Shown here piece after piece: positions 59,008 through 64,000 of a stretch of DNA of 64,000 nucleotides. The stretch comes from an uncultured Rhizobium sp. (GTDB taxonomy: Bacteria > Bacteroidota > Bacteroidia > NS11-12g > UBA955). The notes beneath the pieces were generated by a model. It had not been told where the DNA came from. It ran no database searches and saw nothing but the letters and a program-made list of their open reading frames with translations. The stretch covers positions 58,623 to 122,622 of the forward strand of contig CAYPBJ010000003.1 in NCBI GenBank assembly GCA_964408945.1, given 5' to 3'. How positions within the stretch are numbered: position 1 is the stretch's first letter; each line of letters begins with the position of its first letter. Made by a program: the position numbers and the translations under genes.

Positions 59008-59015
59008 GACAAAAA

Positions 59016-59378
59016 ATGTCCTTACAAAAAGAAATAAAATCAAAATGGCTCCAAATAGTGGAGTTTATTGAAAAGAACTTCGAAAAGAAACCCGATTTAA
59101 ATGCGGTGTTATTTTTGATTGGCATAAGAGAACTCGGGCAGATAAACGAGAAGCCCTTCACGAAAGAAGAGAAAACTCATCTCATGCATATTGCCAACTG
59201 CAGGGTACTCAGTTTTTCTGGGTATTATAAACTCATTGGTCAGGATCAAAACGGTTGGCCAGTTTGGGAAAAAGATCAGCCCATTCCAAATTTAACCTTG
59301 TTGGAACAAGAAAATTTGCTCAGACAACACATCATAGAGTACTTTGAACAAGAAGAGATTATCGTATTTGACGAATAA
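59016..59378 (+). CDS. hypothetical protein (120 aa)
   Basis: ORF immediately downstream of the heptamer-repeat leader. Acidic, helical composition, no recognised motif. Confidence 0.5.
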   Translation: MSLQKEIKSKWLQIVEFIEKNFEKKPDLNAVLFLIGIRELGQINEKPFTKEEKTHLMHIANCRVLSFSGYYKLIGQDQNGWPVWEKDQPIPNLTLLEQENLLRQHIIEYFEQEEIIVFDE

Positions 59379-59424
59379 TTCTAGATATCAAGCGCAATTG
59401 TGGTGAAAATTTACGAATTATTGC

Positions 59425-59432
59425 TATATTTG
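59425..59432 (+). promoter_or_regulatory. candidate -7 promoter box (TATATTTG) for the rimP-nusA-infB operon
   Basis: Matches TAnnTTTG and lies about 65 nt upstream of the rimP ATG. Confidence 0.35.
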
Positions 59433-59462
59433 CAAGACTTTTCCAAAGTTAAAAGTTAGGAA

Positions 59463-59492
59463 GGGGGCAGGCGAAAAGCAGTCCCCTTTTTT
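59463..59492 (+). terminator. terminator-like hairpin plus T-run in the rimP leader (either a terminator for the upstream gene or a leader attenuator)
   Basis: AGGGGGCAGGCGAAAAGCAGTCCCCTTTTTTA ends 8 nt before the rimP ATG. Confidence 0.45.
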
Positions 59493-59499
59493 ATTGGAT

Positions 59500-59964
59500 A
59501 TGAAAAAGTTAGGAGAAAAATTAAAAGCACTCGTTGATCAAGAAGCTATAGCTTTTGATCTTTTTGTAGTTCATTACACGGTAAGTCCTACCGGTTTGTT
59601 CCGCTTTTATGTTGACTCTCAAGAACCCTTGTCAATGAAATCGTTGGCCGATTTCACCAGGCATGTTTCCAACTTGATAGATGAAAACGATTTTGGAGAC
59701 CACCCCTTTACCTTCGAAATTTCATCGCCTGGAGCGGATGCTCCTCTAAAGGACTTTAGACAATTTCACAAACACGTGGGCCGATCTTTCGAAATTCATA
59801 CTCAGGAAAATTCCTACACAGGAAAACTTGAGGCAATTGATGGTGATGTCCTCAAAATATTGAAGGAATACAAAGAAAAAGGAAAGAAAAAAATAGAAAT
59901 TCAACCTGTTGATGTTCCCTTTTCTGACATAAAAGAAGCAAAAATTATCATAAGTTTTAAATAG
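59500..59964 (+). CDS. rimP: ribosome maturation factor RimP
   Basis: MKKLGEKLKALV… with the RimP/YhbC domain organisation. It immediately precedes nusA. The ATG at 59500 is preferred over the TTG at 59494. Confidence 0.85.
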   Translation: MKKLGEKLKALVDQEAIAFDLFVVHYTVSPTGLFRFYVDSQEPLSMKSLADFTRHVSNLIDENDFGDHPFTFEISSPGADAPLKDFRQFHKHVGRSFEIHTQENSYTGKLEAIDGDVLKILKEYKEKGKKKIEIQPVDVPFSDIKEAKIIISFK

Positions 59965-59965
59965 T

Positions 59966-61219
59966 ATGAAAGCAAAGTCCAAAGAGCTAGGTATAAACCT
60001 GGTGGAAAGTTTCTCAGAATTCAAAGAATTCAAGAACATCGACCGCGCCACCATGATGCGCGTGCTTGAAGATGTATTTAGAAACATCCTTAAAAAGAAG
60101 TACGGTCAAGAAGCTAATTTTGACATCATTATCAACACCGAAACCGGTGATATTGAAATGTACCACCTACGACTGATTGTGGAAGAAGGGGAAGTGGAAG
60201 ATGAAAACCTTCATATTTCTCTGACTGAAGCTCAACAATTAGAGGCCGATTACCAAGTTGGGGAAGATTGTATTCAACAAATTGGCTTGGAAGACTTCGG
60301 ACGTAGAAACGTGTTGAATGCCCGTCAAGCTTTGATGTCTAGAATCATTGAACTCGAAAAAGACGAATTGTTCCGCAAATACGGTGATCGCCGTGGTGAA
60401 ATCATCACTGGTGAAGTTTATAATGTTTGGAAACGTGAAATCATGGTTCTTGATGATGAAGGAAACGAATTAACCCTCCCTAAAGATCAAATGATTCCGC
60501 GCGACATTTACAAGAAGGGCGATGCCATTCGTGCAGTCATCAAAGATGTTGAAATGGATAAAGGCAGTCCAAAAATCATACTTTCTCGTACCTCACCTGA
60601 GTTCTTGGAGCGATTGTTTGAGTTGGAAGTTCCTGAAATTTTAGACGGTTTAATAACCATCAAGAAAATAGTTCGTGAACCAGGTGAAAGAGCTAAAGTA
60701 GCTGTTGAAAGCTACGATGACCGAATTGATCCAGTGGGCGCTTGCGTAGGTGTTAAAGGTGCTCGTATTCATGGTATTGTGAGAGAGTTACGCAATGAAA
60801 ATATTGACGTAATTAATTTTACAACCAACGAGACCCTCTTCATACAACGTGCTCTCCAACCTGCTGCTATCAGCAAAATGGACATCCAAGACGGTACTGC
60901 CAATGTATACCTTGAAAGTGATCAAGTTTCTTTGGCTATTGGTCGCGGAGGACATAACATCAAGTTAGCTTCGAAGCTTACAGGATACCAAATTGAAGTT
61001 TATCGTGTCAATGCTGACTCTGAAGACGACGTAGATTTGGATGAATTCTTAGACGAAATTGATACTTGGATTATTGAAGAATTCAAGAAGATTGGCTTAG
61101 ATTCAGCAAAAGATGTATTGAGAACTTCCGTTCAAGATCTTCTCCAACGCACTGACCTTGAAGAAGAAACCATTCTTCAAGTACAGAAAATTCTCCGCGA
61201 AGAATTCGACGAAGAATAA
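59966..61219 (+). CDS. nusA: transcription termination/antitermination factor NusA
   Basis: N-terminal domain, S1 domain, and two KH domains (…GACVGVKGARIHGIVREL…, …AIGRGGHNIKLASKLTG…). Confidence 0.93.
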   Translation: MKAKSKELGINLVESFSEFKEFKNIDRATMMRVLEDVFRNILKKKYGQEANFDIIINTETGDIEMYHLRLIVEEGEVEDENLHISLTEAQQLEADYQVGEDCIQQIGLEDFGRRNVLNARQALMSRIIELEKDELFRKYGDRRGEIITGEVYNVWKREIMVLDDEGNELTLPKDQMIPRDIYKKGDAIRAVIKDVEMDKGSPKIILSRTSPEFLERLFELEVPEILDGLITIKKIVREPGERAKVAVESYDDRIDPVGACVGVKGARIHGIVRELRNENIDVINFTTNETLFIQRALQPAAISKMDIQDGTANVYLESDQVSLAIGRGGHNIKLASKLTGYQIEVYRVNADSEDDVDLDEFLDEIDTWIIEEFKKIGLDSAKDVLRTSVQDLLQRTDLEEETILQVQKILREEFDEE

Positions 61220-61331
61220 GACATTTTATAAAAACGGCCTTCCTTGGGAGCCGATCGGGGAAATTCCATTTGTAGTTTCCCCGATAAATCCTTGGGAGTT
61301 ATAAAGGATACCATTAAATTTGAATGAAATT

Positions 61332-64000
61332 ATGGCGGAATACCGTTTAGCAAAAGTTGCCAAAGAAATCAATCGCAGTGCCACTGCTATAGCCGATTTT
61401 TTAAATTCGAAAGGCTTTAGTGTTGATGCTCGTCCTACAACCAAAATAACCGAGGATATGTATCAAGCTTGTCTGAAAGAGTTTTCAGCAGACAGAGCTG
61501 CAAAAGAAGAAGCTGACAAACTAAAAGCGAATCAACCCGCTCGCCCAATACCTACTCGCGAAAAGGCAGAAACGGTAGATACAACCTCCGCACCTGAAAC
61601 TATTTCAGTTTCAGCTCCAGAACCTGTTGTAGAAGTTCCTGTTGAAACAACTAAAGTTGTTGAAACTGGTGCAGTTGAAAATACACCTGAAACTTCAGAA
61701 ATTCCTGTAAAAGAGATTACTGAAGAACAACATGTTTCAAGAATTAAGGTCGTTGGAAAAATTGACCTTACTCCCAAAACAAAGAAAAAAGTTGAAGAGG
61801 TTAAAGTAGAAACACCAGCTCCGATTGAAGTTGTAACTCCAATCGAACCAATTGCAGCCATCGAGCCAAAGGCAACTGAGGTAATAGAAGAAATATCTGT
61901 TCCAGAAAAAATAGAAATCAAGGAAGAGGCAGTCGTTGTAGAAGAAGTGAAAGCACCCCTTGTTGATGAACCTGCTTCTGATGAACCTGAAAGACACGAA
62001 ACCAGAAGAGAAGTCCTTTCTGGACCTAAAGTTTTAGGAAAAATTCAACTTCCAGTTGAGAAAAGCGGAAACTCATCCCTTGCACAAGAAGCCCGAAAGG
62101 ACATGCAAGAGATCCGCAAAAAACGAAAACGCAAAGAAAAAGGTGTTGAAGTTAAAGTGGCCGTTCAAGAAACGGTTCAACGTGAAAATCAACACAATAA
62201 AACTCATAAACCCGTTACTGCACCTAAACCTGAAGTTACTACCTCACAAGTAAATACCAATGTGCGTTCTACCTTCAACAGAATGGGCAGTAAGAAAAAC
62301 GGTCGCGATAGAAAAAGAACAGACAACAAAGAAGAACGTAACCGCCGTTTCGAAGCAGAAAGACGCAGAAAAGATGAGGAAAGCAAAGTTCTTAAAGTAA
62401 CAGAATTCTTGACAGCCAACGAACTGGCAACCATGATGAGCGTTCCTGTTACTCAAGTAATTTCTAAATGTTTCGCTTTGGGTATGATGGTTTCCATCAA
62501 TCAACGTCTTGACGCTGAAACTATTCAATTGGTTGCAGATGACTTCAACTTTGAAGTTCAATTTGTAGATGCTGAATCTCAGGTTGAAGCAGTTGACGAA
62601 GAAATCGATAACCCAGCTGATTTAAAGCCAAGAGCACCTATTGTTACTGTTATGGGACACGTTGACCACGGTAAAACATCGTTGCTCGATTATATTCGTC
62701 AAGAAAACGTAATTGCTGGTGAAGCAGGTGGTATAACCCAACACATAGGCGCTTACGAAGTAACATTGAAAGATGGTAAGAAAATCACTTTCCTCGACAC
62801 TCCGGGTCACGAAGCATTTACAGCAATGCGTGCTCGTGGTGCGAAGGTTACCGATATGGCCATTATTGTTATTGCAGCAGACGACAGTGTCATGCCGCAA
62901 ACAAGAGAGGCTATTGCTCACGCTCAAGCAGCAGGAGTTCCTATGATTTTCGCTTTCAATAAAATTGATAAAGATGGTGCCAACGCAGATAAAATTCGCG
63001 AACAATTGGCATCCATGAATATATTGGTTGAGGATTGGGGTGGTAAATTCCAAGCTCAAGAAATCAGTGCTAAAAAAGGCCTAAATATTGATGTCCTTTT
63101 AGAAAAAGTACTTTTGGAAGCTGAAATGATGCAACTAACAGCTAATCCTGATAGAAGAGCTAAAGGTACCGTCATTGAAGCAACTCAAGAAAAAGGAAGG
63201 GGTATCGTTTGTACACTATTGATTCAAACTGGTACACTTAGAGTGGGTGATCATATGGTTGCTGGATCTCAATATGCTAAAGTTCGTGCATTATTTAATG
63301 AACGTGGACAACGCATTGAGGAAGCACCGCCATCAACTCCTGTAAAAATATTAGGATTCTCAGATGCTCCAACGTCTGGAGATATTTTCGCTATAATGGC
63401 AAACGAAGACGAAGCCAAAACTCTTGCAAACAAGAGACAACAATTGGTGCGTGAGCAGGGTATTAGAACGAAACGACACATTACTCTTGACGAAATTGGT
63501 CGCCGTTTAGCAATCGGTAATTTCAAAGAATTGAAAGTGATTGTGAAAGCAGACGTTGATGGTTCTTCTGAAGCATTAACAGACGCCTTAATGAAATTAA
63601 CAAGCGACGAAATTGCCGTAAATGTGATTCACAGCGGTGTGGGACAGATTACTGAAAGCGATGTTTTATTGGCTTCAGCTTCTGACGCAATCATTGTTGG
63701 TTTCCAAGTAAGGCCTTCAGCTAAAGCTCGATTGATTGCTGAAAACGAACAAATTGATATCCGTACATACAGCATCATATATCAAGCCATCGAAGAAATT
63801 AAATCCGCGATGGAAGGTATGTTGTCTCCTGAAATCGTTGAAAAAGTTATTGGTCACGTGGAAATTCGCGAAGTATTCAAAATCACGAAAGTGGGTACCA
63901 TCGCAGGTTCTTATGTTACTGACGGTAAAGTCGAGCGCGGAAGTAAGATACGCGTCATTAGAAACGGTGTAGTGAAACATGAAGGCATATTAGCCTCTTT
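61332..64000 (+). CDS. infB: translation initiation factor IF-2 (5' portion; continues beyond the window)
   Basis: [24 protein letters not shown]… (IF2 N-domain), a long charged low-complexity linker, then the G-domain ([16 protein letters not shown]…DTPGHEAF…NKIDK). The frame is open from 61332 to the window end. The ORF track omits it because there is no stop in the window. Confidence 0.9.
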   Translation, partial: MAEYRLAKVAKEINRSATAIADFLNSKGFSVDARPTTKITEDMYQACLKEFSADRAAKEEADKLKANQPARPIPTREKAETVDTTSAPETISVSAPEPVVEVPVETTKVVETGAVENTPETSEIPVKEITEEQHVSRIKVVGKIDLTPKTKKKVEEVKVETPAPIEVVTPIEPIAAIEPKATEVIEEISVPEKIEIKEEAVVVEEVKAPLVDEPASDEPERHETRREVLSGPKVLGKIQLPVEKSGNSSLAQEARKDMQEIRKKRKRKEKGVEVKVAVQETVQRENQHNKTHKPVTAPKPEVTTSQVNTNVRSTFNRMGSKKNGRDRKRTDNKEERNRRFEAERRRKDEESKVLKVTEFLTANELATMMSVPVTQVISKCFALGMMVSINQRLDAETIQLVADDFNFEVQFVDAESQVEAVDEEIDNPADLKPRAPIVTVMGHVDHGKTSLLDYIRQENVIAGEAGGITQHIGAYEVTLKDGKKITFLDTPGHEAFTAMRARGAKVTDMAIIVIAADDSVMPQTREAIAHAQAAGVPMIFAFNKIDKDGANADKIREQLASMNILVEDWGGKFQAQEISAKKGLNIDVLLEKVLLEAEMMQLTANPDRRAKGTVIEATQEKGRGIVCTLLIQTGTLRVGDHMVAGSQYAKVRALFNERGQRIEEAPPSTPVKILGFSDAPTSGDIFAIMANEDEAKTLANKRQQLVREQGIRTKRHITLDEIGRRLAIGNFKELKVIVKADVDGSSEALTDALMKLTSDEIAVNVIHSGVGQITESDVLLASASDAIIVGFQVRPSAKARLIAENEQIDIRTYSIIYQAIEEIKSAMEGMLSPEIVEKVIGHVEIREVFKITKVGTIAGSYVTDGKVERGSKIRVIRNGVVKHEGILAS

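Noticed and set aside
58809-59012. 67-aa ORF (minus strand) translating the heptamer array (…GLRTTDYGLWTMDHGLRTMDHGLWTTDYG…).
   Set aside because: It is a translation artefact of the 7-bp tandem repeat and overlaps the murQ start out of frame. The periodic protein sequence simply mirrors the DNA repeat.
59016-59378. Possibility that the 120-aa ORF is a toxin-antitoxin or phase-variable surface gene, because of the upstream repeat.
   Set aside because: The protein has no signal peptide and no TA-family motifs, and there is no partner gene. I keep it as a hypothetical and place the interest on the repeat itself.
61226-63980. Nine predicted ORFs on both strands (61226..61444-, 61532..61921-, 61737..61997-, 62056..62253+, 62204..62434-, 62244..62561-, 62622..63059-, 63269..63526-, 63717..63980-, 63736..63972+).
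   Set aside because: All lie inside the long open infB frame that starts at 61332 and runs off the window end (N-domain, charged linker, G-domain motifs [17 protein letters not shown]). They are antisense or out-of-frame shadows in a Lys/Glu-rich repetitive region.

Overview
This 64-kb window reads as a low-GC Bacteroidota chromosome segment, probably Flavobacteriia or Cryomorphaceae-like. The evidence is three proteins ending in a type IX secretion (T9SS) C-terminal sorting domain, promoter boxes of the TAnnTTTG -7 type, two TonB-dependent receptors that each carry an N-terminal CarboxypepD_reg domain, and a DUF4249 partner lipoprotein. Most of the window is well-conserved housekeeping coding sequence on both strands. 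This includes mtgA (3' end), efp, queD, recR, panD, prmC, dxs, pabA/trpG, tsaB, thiolase, menF, rpsT, pyrH, tsf, rpsB, rpsI, rplM, trhO, dusB, cdsA, sucA, rlmD, nadC, rluD, thyA, a 2-oxoacid dehydrogenase E2, asd, murQ, rimP, nusA and infB (5' part, running off the window end). I found no rRNA, tRNA, CRISPR array, transposase or integrase. The accessory-like content is in five places. (1) A minus-strand cluster at 39.1-45.1 kb, with a divergent gene pair at 45.15-46.8 kb, encodes a T9SS-secreted endonuclease I family nuclease, a TonB-dependent receptor, a T9SS lamin-tail-domain (LTD) protein and a 5'-nucleotidase split into two genes. Together these look like an extracellular nucleic-acid scavenging locus. 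(2) An operon at 3.8-7.0 kb encodes a GT2 glycosyltransferase fused to a degenerate polyprenyl-phosphate sugar-transferase module and an orphan PorY-like sensor kinase. (3) A plus-strand envelope or glycolipid-like locus at 8.0-12.9 kb encodes a flippase-like membrane protein, a small cytidylyltransferase, a membrane GT2 and an 861-aa protein with two LTDs. (4) A perfect 7-bp tandem repeat (GTCCRTR, 13 copies, followed by TACCAAT x3) sits in the leader just upstream of a small hypothetical gene, downstream of a predicted -7 promoter box. (5) Smaller items include an AT-hook/HARE-HTH-like basic protein, a T9SS cargo with a CGPC thioredoxin-like motif, and a terminator-like hairpin in the leader of rimP-nusA-infB. 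Coordinates follow the supplied ORF track. The displayed sequence is locally out of register by 1 nt in at least two places (near 14.6 kb and 47.9-48.0 kb), so non-CDS coordinates may be off by about 1 nt. Where the ORF track's first start is TTG/GTG-initiated or extended, I moved the start to the first ATG that matches conserved N-termini (GTG for rplM, TTG for the 861-aa LTD protein).
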